64,000 nt of DNA, taken from sequence record DRR378314_807. One strand, given 5' to 3'. Below are positions 27,900 through 40,799 of this stretch, piece by piece. The position numbers and the translations under genes were made by a program. The notes beneath the pieces were generated by a model. The model was not told the DNA's origin. It saw only the letters and a list, made by a program, of their open reading frames with translations, and searched no databases. The stretch's first letter is position 1. Each line of letters opens with the position of its first letter.

Positions 27900-30203
27900 A
27901 TGGAGAACAAAAAAGTGACCGGAAAAAATGAAAGAATAATAACAGGCTTATGTGCATTCATTTTTGTTGGAGCTGCTTTTACCCCTCCCCTTGTTTCAGC
28001 AGAAGACGCGGATCAATCGCAAAAAGACGGTCTGGAAATTATTAAAGTTCAGGGTGAAAAACGCGAGCGCTCACTGTCAGAAACCACCAGTAGTGTCGCC
28101 GTAACAACGGCACAAAAAATTGATCAGGAAAACTTGCTCGACCTTGGCAATATCATAGACAACACCGCTAACGTATCCAAGATGTACGGCGGTTCAGGCT
28201 TTACCATTCGGGGCATTAGTGACGAAAGCAATTCAGCTAACCCCTTATCCACTGTCTATGTCGATGGAGTCGCCCTTCCCAGCGAAATTAACGACGCCGG
28301 TCCATCGGATTTATGGGACGTTTCTCAGGTTGAAATTCTCCGGGGCTCGCAGTCAACGGTGCAGGGTGAAAACTCATTAGCCGGCGCGATTATTATCAGC
28401 ACACAGGATCCGACCATGGACTGGAGCTGGAAAACCAGAGCTATTTGGTCAGATCCAAACGACAGACGCTTAGCTTTTGCCGGCGGTGGTCCATTGATCG
28501 CCGACGAACTGGCTTTTCGGGTTGCAGTAGAAAAGCGTGATTTTGATGGTTTTATCAAAAACACCACGCGTAACGATATGGAAGACTCTGTCGACTCCAT
28601 GGCCAGCCGGTTCAAGCTGCTTTGGAAGCCCAAAGCACTGAAAGACTTTACCGCAAAACTAACACTTATGCGCGACGACCGTGAAGACCCGTATCGCTTC
28701 ACGTATAGCCGCACCGATATCGAAGACTATTTTGATAACCGCGAAAACACCTCCAACCGGGAAAATGTGACTGATATCACGACGGACATTTTGTCATTGG
28801 ACTTAAGTTATCAATTGAACGAAAACTGGGCGTTATCGTCCGTCACGTCCCAATCCGATTCGGACTCCCTGCGCTTATACGATATTGATTTAATAGCAGA
28901 AGATAATCAGTACGGCAGAATGGATCACGACTATCAAAATCGTTCTCAGGAATTACGGTTACACTTTGACTACCCCGATTTTCATGGGCTGCTCGGATGG
29001 TACTGGTCTGATCGTCAGAAAGACAGCGTTGATAACCAACTGGGCGGTGTCGCAACACCAGTAGCAACTATTGTCAGCGCATTACAAAATATGGGATTAG
29101 ACGAGGCTACCGCCACTCAGTTTGCTAACAGTTATTCACAGGCTCTGCCGTCTATCCCTGTTGATTACGGTAATGATGTTGCCGACCGTTCAACCAACCA
29201 GGCTTTATTCGCCGACGTTGAGTATGCTTTAGCCGACGATGTTGCACTTATCGCTGGTTTTCGTTACGACACCGAGCGATATACTTACGAGTCTTTAACT
29301 GAAGCTGAATTTGCCGGAACCTTACCCGACCCAACAAATTACGGCGAGCCCGGCACCGCATCTCATGGCATTATCAGCGGCATCAATCAGGAAGTACTGA
29401 ACCTAGTTGACCGCGCAGGTAACAGTGTTCCCGAAAGTACCCGCGACTTTAATGCCTTTTTGCCGAAGCTGGCGGTGCGCTGGGACTACGATAACAACGA
29501 TTCGCTGGCTTTAACGGTACAGCGAGCCTACCGTTCCGGTGGTAGCTCGTACAATATAGCGCGTGCCGAAGTCTTCGCTTACGACCCGGAATTCACCACC
29601 AACTACGAGCTATCCTGGCGCAGTCAGCTGTTAGACAACAAGCTTTTTGTCAGCAGCAACCTTTATTATATTGACTGGGAAGATAAACAAGTCAGCGCTG
29701 AATTCGGCCTTAACAGTTTTGATAACCATACAGTGAATGCTGGCAAGGCGCACTTGTACGGGGTTGAGCTTGAAGCGCGCCAATACGTCAATTCATACCT
29801 GGATTGGTACGGGTCGTATTCTTACTCCAGAACCCAGTACGATCAGTTTGAAGCCATTGCCGGGGCTCAGGTCCGAAACTTTTCAGGAACAGAATTTATC
29901 TATGCCCCCAAACATACGGCCGCTTTAGGCGTAAATTTATACCCTGCCCGCGACTGGACGGTGAATGTAAACGCTAACTATCGCGACTCCATGAACATGG
30001 CAACCCGCGCTACAGATAACAGAGTGTCATCACGCACCTTAGTTAACGCCAAGATCAGTTATGACAAGTTCGACTGGTCGGCCTATATTTTTGCGAACAA
30101 CATTTTCGACAAAGGCTACATCGAATACACTCGCCCGGATCTCCCGTACGCAATATTCGGCGCACCAAGAGTGGTTGGTGTTGGTTTCGAGGCTGAGTTT
30201 TAA
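27900..30203 (+). CDS. TonB-dependent receptor, probably for an iron siderophore
   Basis: EIIKVQGEK TonB box, VEILRGSQST..GAI plug, terminal EAEF; Fur box upstream. Confidence 0.9.
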   Translation: MENKKVTGKNERIITGLCAFIFVGAAFTPPLVSAEDADQSQKDGLEIIKVQGEKRERSLSETTSSVAVTTAQKIDQENLLDLGNIIDNTANVSKMYGGSGFTIRGISDESNSANPLSTVYVDGVALPSEINDAGPSDLWDVSQVEILRGSQSTVQGENSLAGAIIISTQDPTMDWSWKTRAIWSDPNDRRLAFAGGGPLIADELAFRVAVEKRDFDGFIKNTTRNDMEDSVDSMASRFKLLWKPKALKDFTAKLTLMRDDREDPYRFTYSRTDIEDYFDNRENTSNRENVTDITTDILSLDLSYQLNENWALSSVTSQSDSDSLRLYDIDLIAEDNQYGRMDHDYQNRSQELRLHFDYPDFHGLLGWYWSDRQKDSVDNQLGGVATPVATIVSALQNMGLDEATATQFANSYSQALPSIPVDYGNDVADRSTNQALFADVEYALADDVALIAGFRYDTERYTYESLTEAEFAGTLPDPTNYGEPGTASHGIISGINQEVLNLVDRAGNSVPESTRDFNAFLPKLAVRWDYDNNDSLALTVQRAYRSGGSSYNIARAEVFAYDPEFTTNYELSWRSQLLDNKLFVSSNLYYIDWEDKQVSAEFGLNSFDNHTVNAGKAHLYGVELEARQYVNSYLDWYGSYSYSRTQYDQFEAIAGAQVRNFSGTEFIYAPKHTAALGVNLYPARDWTVNVNANYRDSMNMATRATDNRVSSRTLVNAKISYDKFDWSAYIFANNIFDKGYIEYTRPDLPYAIFGAPRVVGVGFEAEF

Positions 30204-30240
30204 TAGCCTAAAAGCATGCCCAGTAAACTGAATCCGCTAT

Positions 30241-30272
30241 AAAAAAGGGGCGCTTAATAGTAAGCGCCCCTT
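30241..30272. terminator. Intrinsic terminator between the TBDR and katG
   Basis: AAGGGGCGCTTA-ATAG-TAAGCGCCCCTT 12-bp stem, with a U-tail on the minus strand. Confidence 0.88.
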
Positions 30273-30295
30273 CTGATTAACCAGCTAACTCTGCA

Positions 30296-32476
<2,181 letters not shown>

Positions 32477-32667
32477 TTAGCCTTCCTTATTTTCTGTGCG
32501 CAATTTGAATATTTGTTATGTAAGTTATAGCAACGCCCGGCTACTTACTCAAAGGCAAGATTTCGTTTGCTTTGATAGGTTTTATAGATACAGGAGAAAT
32601 AGAGGGAAAGATCGGAATGCCGGTTACTTTAAGGCAAGTGTTTAATAATTTGGAATGAACATTGATA

Positions 32668-32705
32668 CAAACCGCTGCATTTGAGGTTTCAGACGCAGCA
32701 GCTTT
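32668..32705 (-). terminator. Probable terminator of the lipoprotein gene
   Basis: Minus strand AAGCTGCTGCGTCTGA-AACC-TCAAATGCAGCGGTTT, an imperfect long stem. Confidence 0.55.
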
Positions 32706-32716
32706 CTTCTGGCTTT

Positions 32717-32998
32717 TTACACACAGGTATTTTCTATTATCTCTTTTTGCTTTTCCATTTCTTTGGTGTTCTCTTCCGACTCTGCAATAAGGAACTCCAT
32801 CTTCGCCGATGCGCACTTGTCAGCGAGCTCCTTACTCATGATATAGCTTTGATCTTTCTGATATTGCTCCATACCTTCAGCGCCGCTGTATTTCTCCCTA
32901 TTTTCAGGGCTGACATCTTTTTCGTAAGGTTCAGGCTTAGTCGCACCGCACGCTGATAGCAACAAAACCGATGCAATAAAAAATATATATTTATACAA
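32717..32998 (-). CDS. Small hypothetical lipoprotein
   Basis: Lipobox LLLSAC after a hydrophobic stretch; AGGAGA SD; two further Cys. Confidence 0.72.
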   Translation of the reverse strand: MYKYIFFIASVLLLSACGATKPEPYEKDVSPENREKYSGAEGMEQYQKDQSYIMSKELADKCASAKMEFLIAESEENTKEMEKQKEIIENTCV

Positions 32999-33065
32999 TA
33001 TCCATTCTCCTTTTCCATGTGCTCAAAAACTAGCTTACTCTAAATCTGTCAGGTAGCATACCCCC

Positions 33066-33713
33066 ATGCAATGTACTCTATGTTCCTCAATATCCCAGCC
33101 TTTTTGTGCAGATAAAAAGCGTCAGTATTTTCGCTGCACAAAGTGCGACCTTATTTTCGCAGATCCTGACACCCTGCTGTCTCAAGCCGAAGAGAAGCTC
33201 ATTTATGATTATCATGAAAATGGTCCAAACGATGTTGGCTACCGTGAGTTTTTAAACCACTTGGCAATCCCTTTACTTAATAAACTGTCTCCGGGTATGA
33301 AAGGTCTTGATTTTGGTTCCGGCCCCGGTCCAACATTGAACCTGATGCTTGAAGAACAGGGGATGAAGATGTCTGTTTATGACATCTATTACGCGCCGGA
33401 TACCGGCCAGTTGAGTCGTCAGTATGACTTTGTCACCTGCACCGAAGTAGCAGAACACTTTCGGGAGCCCGATAAGAGCTGGGCGCAGTTAATTGGCTTG
33501 ATCAAACCCCGCGGCTGGCTGGGAGTAATGACCTGCATGTTCACAAAAGAAACGGCTGACGACTTTAACCTGTGGAGCTACAAAGGTGACCCCACCCATA
33601 TCAGCTTTTACACACCAAAAACCATGCAGTGGATAGCCCGGCATTTCCGGTTAGAACTTGAAATAGTCAATGATCGTGTCATTTTGTTTAGGAAGAACGG
33701 AGTCGCTCTTTGA
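33066..33713 (+). CDS. Class I SAM-dependent methyltransferase with N-terminal Zn ribbon
   Basis: CTLC and CTKC, LDFGSGPG motif I, EVAEHF, DPTHISFY. Confidence 0.88.
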   Translation: MQCTLCSSISQPFCADKKRQYFRCTKCDLIFADPDTLLSQAEEKLIYDYHENGPNDVGYREFLNHLAIPLLNKLSPGMKGLDFGSGPGPTLNLMLEEQGMKMSVYDIYYAPDTGQLSRQYDFVTCTEVAEHFREPDKSWAQLIGLIKPRGWLGVMTCMFTKETADDFNLWSYKGDPTHISFYTPKTMQWIARHFRLELEIVNDRVILFRKNGVAL

Positions 33714-33755
33714 ATCTAATGTACTACCCTTATAAAAAGGACGGCATGGAGGACG

Positions 33756-34262
33756 ATGATGAAATACGAATGTGTACACGGTGATATCAACCAACAAACT
33801 GAAATAGAAGCCATTGTTAACGCAGCGAACGCCGAACTGCAAACGGGTGGTGGTGTCGCCGGAGCTATTCACCGAGCAGCTGGCCCTGAACTTGAGAAGG
33901 CTACACGCTCGCTAGCGCCGATTAAACCCGGCGAAGCCGTAATAACTGAGGCGTTCGATCTGCCCAATAAGTACGTTATCCATTGCTTAGGCCCGGTATA
34001 CGGCTCGGATGAACCCAGCGATAAGTTGCTGGCAGACTGCTATAAAAATGCTCTGGATTTAACCGAGAAGCACAAAGTCGAGTCTATTGCTTTTCCGGCC
34101 ATATCAACTGGCGCTTTTGGTTACCCTTTCGAGGAAGCAACAGATTTAGCAATAAAAACCGTAAAAGCGCATGTTGAAAAACTCAGCCACCTCAAAATGA
34201 TACGCTTTGTTTTATTCAGTGACAGTGACTTCGCCTATTATCAACAAGCGCTTAATAATTGA
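33756..34262 (+). CDS. Macro domain protein (YmdB-like O-acetyl-ADP-ribose deacetylase / ADP-ribosylhydrolase)
   Basis: GDI, IVNAAN, GGGVAGAIHRAAG, AFPAISTGAFGYP. Confidence 0.93.
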   Translation: MMKYECVHGDINQQTEIEAIVNAANAELQTGGGVAGAIHRAAGPELEKATRSLAPIKPGEAVITEAFDLPNKYVIHCLGPVYGSDEPSDKLLADCYKNALDLTEKHKVESIAFPAISTGAFGYPFEEATDLAIKTVKAHVEKLSHLKMIRFVLFSDSDFAYYQQALNN

Positions 34263-34273
34263 TTTCTGGATGA

Positions 34274-34831
34274 TTATTTAAAGATAACACCTGCCTCTCT
34301 GAGCTCTTCTCTGGCTTTCTCAGCGTCAGCTCTATCGATAAAGCGAGTGCCCTCTTCCACTAAAAAGGTTTCATAGTCATTTTTTGTGGCGTCTAGTGCC
34401 GTGGCTTTTACACACACTTCCAGCGCCAGGCCGACAACCCATACGCGTTTGATATTAAGGTGCACAAGTTCCGAAACCAACCCTGTTTTATCGAACGCAG
34501 AATATTGATCAATATCGAAACGAGCCCCTTTAGAGACTAAACGGGCGTTCTCGGGCAAAATAAGATCAGGATGAAACTCAGCGCCCTTGGTATCCTGTAC
34601 ACAATGCTCGGGCCATGGCCCGCCGCGCTCGTCAAAACTCACATGATGTCGCGGATGCCAGTCTCTTGAAACAAAGACCGGAATGCCAGCCTCCTGAGCC
34701 TGTGCGCTCAGTGCATTAATAACGGGCACAACCTCGTCACCTTCATCCAGCGCCAGCTTGCCGCCCGGACAAAAATCGTTTTGTACATCCACAATGATCA
34801 GTGCATCGTTTTGTTCAAAAGTCGCTTTCAT
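34274..34831 (-). CDS. pncA: Nicotinamidase
   Basis: VDVQNDF, DWHP, WPEHCVQ, SKG, GLALEVCV (D-K-C triad). Confidence 0.92.
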   Translation of the reverse strand: MKATFEQNDALIIVDVQNDFCPGGKLALDEGDEVVPVINALSAQAQEAGIPVFVSRDWHPRHHVSFDERGGPWPEHCVQDTKGAEFHPDLILPENARLVSKGARFDIDQYSAFDKTGLVSELVHLNIKRVWVVGLALEVCVKATALDATKNDYETFLVEEGTRFIDRADAEKAREELREAGVIFK

Positions 34832-34856
34832 GAATATCCTCCGCTGAAAACCTGGG

Positions 34857-36203
34857 CTAACCCTCTTGTTTAAGGTGTTCGGTTATTTCTTTCTGGTAGC
34901 TCGCTAGTTTATCGCTTATCTCGACCGGATAAGACTTCTCCTTGCTGCTTATCGAGGAGACGTACTCGGGTAATTTATTTAACTGTTGCTGCGCGTACTG
35001 TCGAATTTCTTCGATGTCTCGCTGGTGAGAAGGCAACCTTTTGCCGCTTTGCATCACTTTTTTCAGCAATGGTTCGCCGGGTAACTGCTCTTCTGCACGA
35101 GCAATAGTGTCGCGACGGAAGTTGTCCCCAGACTCGCGAAAAACTTGCTTTTCGCCCGGCAAAACAGGCTTGCCACTGGAAAGCTTCAAACGCCCCTTGC
35201 CCCCGTATTCAACCAGTTTGTAGGCCATATCAAGTGCCGCTGCATCGTCGGAGACACCCATGCCGGTGCCGACACCAAAACCATCGATAGGTGCTCTATC
35301 AGCTATTAACTGCGCAATTTTATGTTCGTCCAGACCGCCGCTGGCAATAATCTCTAAATGGTGAAGGTTATGTTCGTCCAGCAGCTTTCTGGCTTTAACA
35401 GCAAGATCACCTAAATCACCGGAGTCCAGTCGAATGCCTTTTACTTTAAAGTCATCGCCCAGCTCATTGGCCAACTGAATGATTTTTTCTACACCTTTTA
35501 AGGTATCGATGGTGTCTACCAGTAGGACGGTTTCCGGAAAAACCTGGGTAAAATTCTTTAACGCCTGATATTCCGAATCGTGAGCCTGAATATAGCTGTG
35601 CGCCATAGTGCCAGCTACAGGTAAACCGTAAGTTCGCGCAGCCAGCATATTTGAAGTGGCAGCAATACCGCTTAAATACAGTGCCCGGCTGCCTTTTTTG
35701 CCCGCATCAATGCCATGCACCCTGCGTGCACCAAAATCCAGAACCGGCCGCTTTTCTGCCGCATGGGCAACTCGTGCTCCCTTTGAGGCTAATAGGGTTT
35801 GCAGGTGTATCTGATTCATCACCAGAGTTTCAATAAGCTGCGCCTGTGGCAGCGGCGCTTTAATCTCGACAATGGGTTCATTTTCAAAGAATACCGTACC
35901 TTCAGGAAGCGCTCTGACCTGCCCGATAAACTCAAAATCACGAAGATAATCGATAAGCTGTTGAGAGAAGTTTTGCTCTTTTAGGTAGCGCAAATCGTCA
36001 TCGCTGAACGACAGGTTTTCAATGGTTTCAAGCAAGGGATCTAACCCCGCAGCCAACAGAAATTTCCGCTCATTCGGAAGCCGCCGGACGAACAAGGTAA
36101 AAACAGCGTCGTCTTGCATGCCTTCCTGCAAATACGCATCGAGCATTGTGAGCTGATACAAATCTGTGAACAGTCCAAGATCTTGTCGCTCAGTACCTGT
36201 CAT
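34857..36203 (-). CDS. pncB: Nicotinate phosphoribosyltransferase
   Basis: TDLYQLTM, DFGARR, GTMAHS, LVDT, RLDSGD, GFGVGT. Confidence 0.94.
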   Translation of the reverse strand: MTGTERQDLGLFTDLYQLTMLDAYLQEGMQDDAVFTLFVRRLPNERKFLLAAGLDPLLETIENLSFSDDDLRYLKEQNFSQQLIDYLRDFEFIGQVRALPEGTVFFENEPIVEIKAPLPQAQLIETLVMNQIHLQTLLASKGARVAHAAEKRPVLDFGARRVHGIDAGKKGSRALYLSGIAATSNMLAARTYGLPVAGTMAHSYIQAHDSEYQALKNFTQVFPETVLLVDTIDTLKGVEKIIQLANELGDDFKVKGIRLDSGDLGDLAVKARKLLDEHNLHHLEIIASGGLDEHKIAQLIADRAPIDGFGVGTGMGVSDDAAALDMAYKLVEYGGKGRLKLSSGKPVLPGEKQVFRESGDNFRRDTIARAEEQLPGEPLLKKVMQSGKRLPSHQRDIEEIRQYAQQQLNKLPEYVSSISSKEKSYPVEISDKLASYQKEITEHLKQEG

Positions 36204-36294
36204 AGCTTTCCTCTATTTGGTGTCTTTGCACTAAGTCTAGACAATGCACTCGCTTTTATGTAGCCAGAAAGCTGCAACTACAGGCCGTAAGAAC

Positions 36295-36331
36295 AAAAGC
36301 CGCCCGGCAGCGTTAACTACCGGACGGCTTT
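36295..36331 (-). terminator. Intrinsic terminator after the phytase
   Basis: Minus strand AAAGCCGTCCGGTAG-TTAACG-CTGCCGGGCGGCTTTT. Confidence 0.8.
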
Positions 36332-36358
36332 GTCAGTAAGTGTGTAAGAAGTAACTAC

Positions 36359-38167
36359 TTACTTAATGGTTTTAAGAATATTCTCTAACGGCACCAGTTT
36401 AAGGTTCTGACCCGCTTCCGGCATACGGTTACGTCCGTCCTGAACCATAAACGCGCCTTGCTCAAACCCTTTACCCAAAGACCGAGTTGTTACGTCAATA
36501 CCGTCGGTTTCTGATGCGCCATCAATAGCTAACTCGGTATTGGTGCGAATACGAAAATGCGAAAGCAACGACCAGGGCGCCTGCCCTTCAAACACAATGT
36601 AACTGTCGTTGCCCTGACTTGAGACAAACAATAAATCTCTGCCATCAACATTTGCGAAGGTAACACCTTCAATGTCGTCAACCAGCTCTTCATGTTGGTC
36701 AACATTAATAATGGCTTCACCGGAGGTTGAGCCATCCGCCGTAGCATCAAATAACCATACTGCAACGTCCTCTTCACCAACGAATAAACGTTGCGTTTTA
36801 TCATCGACAACACAACCTTCTGGCTGAGATGGAACGCTCAATTCTCTTACTTTTTCCATCTTGCCGTCGTTGCTTATGACAAACTGCTGAATAACGCCGG
36901 ATTTGCCGTTTACATAAACGGAGGTCTGTTCTGTCGACTCATTGTAGCCCATGCAAAGACCGTAAATTTCGTCAATATCGGTAAGCGCATTAGTACCAAC
37001 CGAAAGCTTTCCGTCTGCGTTAATATCAAACAATTGCAGGCTGTTATTGTCACGCAAGGAAGCAACTGCCCAGGAGCCACGGACATCGACATTATTCAGC
37101 CGGCCTACAGGGAGTTCCTGAACAATGTTACCGGACATGTCATAAACATAGAGACCTGTGCGCTTGTCTGTAGCCAAAATGCGGCTTTTCTCAGGGGCTT
37201 CCGGATGTACCCAAACAGCAGGATCATCAATTGCATCTCCGCGTAACGGTGAGGGTTCAGTCTGCAGTGTTGCCTCAACCTGAGACACCGGCTTTTTAAC
37301 CGAACGCTGTTTTGACTCCAGAGTATCAATTGTCAGCTTGCTCATTGCTGTCATGTCTTCTTCTGTCAGCAATAGCTCGCCATTTCCTAAATCAGACACA
37401 TCGGTTAAAGCTTCAGCGTCGTCAATTGCAAAGGCTTTATCAAACTTAAAACCCTGCTCATTCTGACGATACACCAGCAACCGCGGCGGCTCTTCTTCAA
37501 GCACCAGCAAACTGCCGTCATCAAGCAGCTCCAGCGCTTTCACTTCGCCTTCAATAACACCAAAAGGTTTGGCTGCCGCAATTAAGTCGCGCCCCTGATC
37601 AACTTCCGGCTCTGCGTTATACGCCCACACAGCCTGATCCGCTTCGGCAACATACAGCTTTTGTTCCGCATTCGATACAACACAAGCCGTGCTGTCAAAA
37701 GGTACGTTCATATTACGGATAACCAGCGGCTCTTTTAGCCACTTTTCGTCCTGCTTTAACAATCGCTGTTCTGCACCGCCACGGCCGCCAAGCAGGAATA
37801 CAGACAGCTGCTGGTTTTCGTAGCTCTCGTAAAAGCAGATATCCTCTACCACGCGGCTGGTAATTTCGCCCTTCCACACCGGCTGTATAGCTTTGCCGCT
37901 GGCACGCCATAGAACAAGCTCCTGAGTGTTGCCTTCCATTGCGCCAATCAGGGTTTCACCATTACTTAACGGCAGAGTTCGCAGGTGGAAAAAATCGCCT
38001 TCGGCAACGCGTTTATCACCCAGACTGAGTCCGTCAGCAGTGACTTTCAGGTAGTCATTATTCAGTGCGACTTTATGACGAACATTGGTCTCTGTCGCTG
38101 ACGTACCGCAAGCGGCAAGTAGCATCAAACTTGATGCTACTGCGCTTAAAATCATTTTATTTCTCAT
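36359..38167 (-). CDS. Beta-propeller phytase, tandem-domain lipoprotein
   Basis: Lipobox LLAAC; DAIDDPAVWVHP, GRLNNVD, YGLC, EGCVVD, DIEG, SSQG, ETDG, QDG; additional N-terminal propeller. Confidence 0.92.
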   Translation of the reverse strand: MRNKMILSAVASSLMLLAACGTSATETNVRHKVALNNDYLKVTADGLSLGDKRVAEGDFFHLRTLPLSNGETLIGAMEGNTQELVLWRASGKAIQPVWKGEITSRVVEDICFYESYENQQLSVFLLGGRGGAEQRLLKQDEKWLKEPLVIRNMNVPFDSTACVVSNAEQKLYVAEADQAVWAYNAEPEVDQGRDLIAAAKPFGVIEGEVKALELLDDGSLLVLEEEPPRLLVYRQNEQGFKFDKAFAIDDAEALTDVSDLGNGELLLTEEDMTAMSKLTIDTLESKQRSVKKPVSQVEATLQTEPSPLRGDAIDDPAVWVHPEAPEKSRILATDKRTGLYVYDMSGNIVQELPVGRLNNVDVRGSWAVASLRDNNSLQLFDINADGKLSVGTNALTDIDEIYGLCMGYNESTEQTSVYVNGKSGVIQQFVISNDGKMEKVRELSVPSQPEGCVVDDKTQRLFVGEEDVAVWLFDATADGSTSGEAIINVDQHEELVDDIEGVTFANVDGRDLLFVSSQGNDSYIVFEGQAPWSLLSHFRIRTNTELAIDGASETDGIDVTTRSLGKGFEQGAFMVQDGRNRMPEAGQNLKLVPLENILKTIK

Positions 38168-38196
38168 GGTTATCCTTTAAATACCGTTATTCCGTG

Positions 38197-40743
38197 TTAC
38201 CAGTTAATTAGCTGCACACCCAGAGTGAAGCTGCGGCCATAACTTTCGTACTGCGCGTTGTATCGCTTCTGGCCGGTGTAAACATAGTAGGGTTCATCGG
38301 TAATGTTGTTGGCCGCAAAGCTAAGGCTGACATGGTCGTTAATTAGCCATTTCGCGGAGAAGTCCAGAGTCAAATTGTCGTCTTCGTAAATGTCGTAACG
38401 GCTGTCTTCAACGTCACCAAGCTCAGCCAGATACTTTGACTTATAGTTCGCTGCCAAACGTAAGCTGACATCATAAACTTCGTAGCCAAGCGCAAAGTTT
38501 GCAGTCGTATCAGACTGGCTCGGCAGCGTAATGTCGCGTGACACAAGCTGACCATCGTCAATCCAGTCAACCGTTGCTTCCGAGTCAGTGAAAGTCAGGT
38601 TGGTATTGATTAAGAAGTTATCCAGCCAGTTATTAAAACCAGACACCTGATGCACAAAGTTGACTTCTAAACCGTAGACGTAAGCGTCATCACCGTTGAT
38701 ATAAGTGACGGCTTCATCGAAGTTTTCGTAACCCGGACGACCGGCAACATCGGCTTCATAGACAAAGTTTTTGATGTCTTTGTAAAAGGCCATGGCGGAA
38801 ATAACACCCAGAGTGTCATCATAATGCTCAATACCAAAATCGAGGTTCTGCGTGGTTAATGGTTCAAGATCCGGGTTACCGAATTCAGCTTTCAGGTCGC
38901 CATCGTCATTTTCCAGGTAATAGCTGGATCTAACCTGTTCAAAGTTAGGTCTGACAAGGCCGGTGCTGTATGCCGCACGAATAATAGTGTCATTACTTAA
39001 GTCGTAGCGCGTCACCACACTAGGAAGCCAGTTTGCATCGCTGAATTTATCCGAAACTGGTGTAAAGGTTTCCAGTTCGTCGTCATAACGGTTACCGCGT
39101 CCTTCGCGCTCCTCATGTTCATACCGCGCGCCAGCAATAACCTGCCACTTACCAAAGCCCATGTCGGCCATCAGGTAACCGGCACTGATGTCTTCATCAA
39201 TTTCGTAAGAGGCGATACTCGATTCAACTTCATCCCGGAAGTTTTGTAACTCGAAAGTATTAATCATGTCCCAAAGTTTGCCGGCGGAAGCGCCGGGACC
39301 AAATCTGTCCAGGCCATACTCAACATTTGACGACGTTTCGTAGTCAGCAAGCGTTAATCCGGTAACACCCAGGTCAGCAAAGTCTTCCATAATAAAGATG
39401 TTTTCTTCTGCGGACTTTTCGCGTTGGCTTAACTTAACACCGCCTTTAAAAGTAACCTGATAGCTGGGTTGTAACCAGTCATAAGCCACATCCAGCTTAA
39501 CGTTCTTTTCAGTCTCTTCGGTGTAGGCGTCACTCACTTCCACTTCATCAATTTCATATTCTGACGCCTGATATGCAGTATCTGGCGCGTTCAGTTGCAA
39601 GCGTTTCAGACCTGAGTAGCCCAGGCCTTCGTCAAATTCCTGCGTAAACTTGGCTCCACCAATAGCAAAAGGCTGATCTTCGCTGGCTTTACTGGTACCT
39701 GCCTCCAAAGTGACATGCCAGTCATCAAATTTCTGTTTAGTGCCCAGCACAATCGCTGTAATTTCCTGGGTTTCTTTACGGTCTTTAAGCTCACGAACAA
39801 TTTCGCCGCCAGCACTAGCTTCTGCGCCAATTGGATCAGAAAATTCAGTCACAATACCCTGACGAATTTCGGTATCCGCAAACTCACTGTACAGCGAGCG
39901 TAGGTAGAATTCAGAATCATCGGAAGGACGATAGTCCAGGTTTAAGGCTAAGCCGGTTCGCTCACGGGTAACCGAATAGGCGCGTTGCTCAAACTCTTCC
40001 AGGCCCGGTTCATCCAAGTCCCAGTTACCGCCGGTTTCAACGTTGTCGGTAGTAAATGAGCGATCCTGATAACTACCGGCAAAGGCGATACCAAAACTGT
40101 CTGCTTTATCGCCGACATCAAAGGTGTTGCTGACAACACCCGAAACTTTTGGGTTCGTTTCGCTGGCCTGCTCGTTATAACCAACATCAGCAGTAAAAGA
40201 GTAGAACGAGCCCTCACGGTCAAAGGCCGTCATGCTTTGCAGTTCAATATTACCGCCCAGACTGCCTGCTGAGATATCAGGCGTCAGGGTTTTATTAACC
40301 ACAACCGATTCCAGCAAATCCGCCGGAATAACATCTAGCGCCACGGCTCGGCGTCCGGCTTCAGGAGCGGCCAGCGAGGTGCCATTGTATGAAACCGAGT
40401 TTAAATCGGGGGCTAAACCACGAATGCGAATAAAGCGTCCTTCACCCTGGTCGCGTTCTACAGATAGACCAGGAATGCGCTGCAACGCATCACTAACGCT
40501 GTCGTCCTGCAGCTTACCCATGTCATCTTTCTTCAGAACATTGATAATACCGCCGGACTCTCGCTGCTCTTGCACGGCACGTTTTATTGAGTCGCTGTAG
40601 CCAATAGTAAGCACCTCTTCAATGCGCTTTTCTTCGGCTGTTTTATCTGCGCTCTGGTCCTGCGCTTCCTGAGCCATAAGTGGGGATGTAGCACCACATG
40701 AAACGGCAATAAGCCAAGCTAAATATGTCTTTTTCATAATCAT
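38197..40743 (-). CDS. TonB-dependent receptor, phytase-associated
   Basis: EEVLTIG TonB box, DALQRIPGLSVERDQGEGR, GNPDLEP; co-oriented upstream of the phytase. Confidence 0.93.
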   Translation of the reverse strand: MIMKKTYLAWLIAVSCGATSPLMAQEAQDQSADKTAEEKRIEEVLTIGYSDSIKRAVQEQRESGGIINVLKKDDMGKLQDDSVSDALQRIPGLSVERDQGEGRFIRIRGLAPDLNSVSYNGTSLAAPEAGRRAVALDVIPADLLESVVVNKTLTPDISAGSLGGNIELQSMTAFDREGSFYSFTADVGYNEQASETNPKVSGVVSNTFDVGDKADSFGIAFAGSYQDRSFTTDNVETGGNWDLDEPGLEEFEQRAYSVTRERTGLALNLDYRPSDDSEFYLRSLYSEFADTEIRQGIVTEFSDPIGAEASAGGEIVRELKDRKETQEITAIVLGTKQKFDDWHVTLEAGTSKASEDQPFAIGGAKFTQEFDEGLGYSGLKRLQLNAPDTAYQASEYEIDEVEVSDAYTEETEKNVKLDVAYDWLQPSYQVTFKGGVKLSQREKSAEENIFIMEDFADLGVTGLTLADYETSSNVEYGLDRFGPGASAGKLWDMINTFELQNFRDEVESSIASYEIDEDISAGYLMADMGFGKWQVIAGARYEHEEREGRGNRYDDELETFTPVSDKFSDANWLPSVVTRYDLSNDTIIRAAYSTGLVRPNFEQVRSSYYLENDDGDLKAEFGNPDLEPLTTQNLDFGIEHYDDTLGVISAMAFYKDIKNFVYEADVAGRPGYENFDEAVTYINGDDAYVYGLEVNFVHQVSGFNNWLDNFLINTNLTFTDSEATVDWIDDGQLVSRDITLPSQSDTTANFALGYEVYDVSLRLAANYKSKYLAELGDVEDSRYDIYEDDNLTLDFSAKWLINDHVSLSFAANNITDEPYYVYTGQKRYNAQYESYGRSFTLGVQLINW

Positions 40744-40776
40744 TCAAACCCTGTCGTTTTTTGATTGATGCGACAT

Positions 40777-40799
40777 ACCTTAAAAGCAAAAAGTGACAA
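40777..40799 (-). promoter_or_regulatory. Pho half-box and -10 for the TBDR-phytase operon
   Basis: Minus strand TTGTCAC, 10 bp, TAAGGT; upstream half-site is poor. Confidence 0.45.

Noticed and set aside
32560-32605. OxyR site upstream of katG (GATAGGTTTTATAGAT)
   Set aside because: Only one clear ATAG element; the four-element periodicity is not met. Plausible but unsupported.
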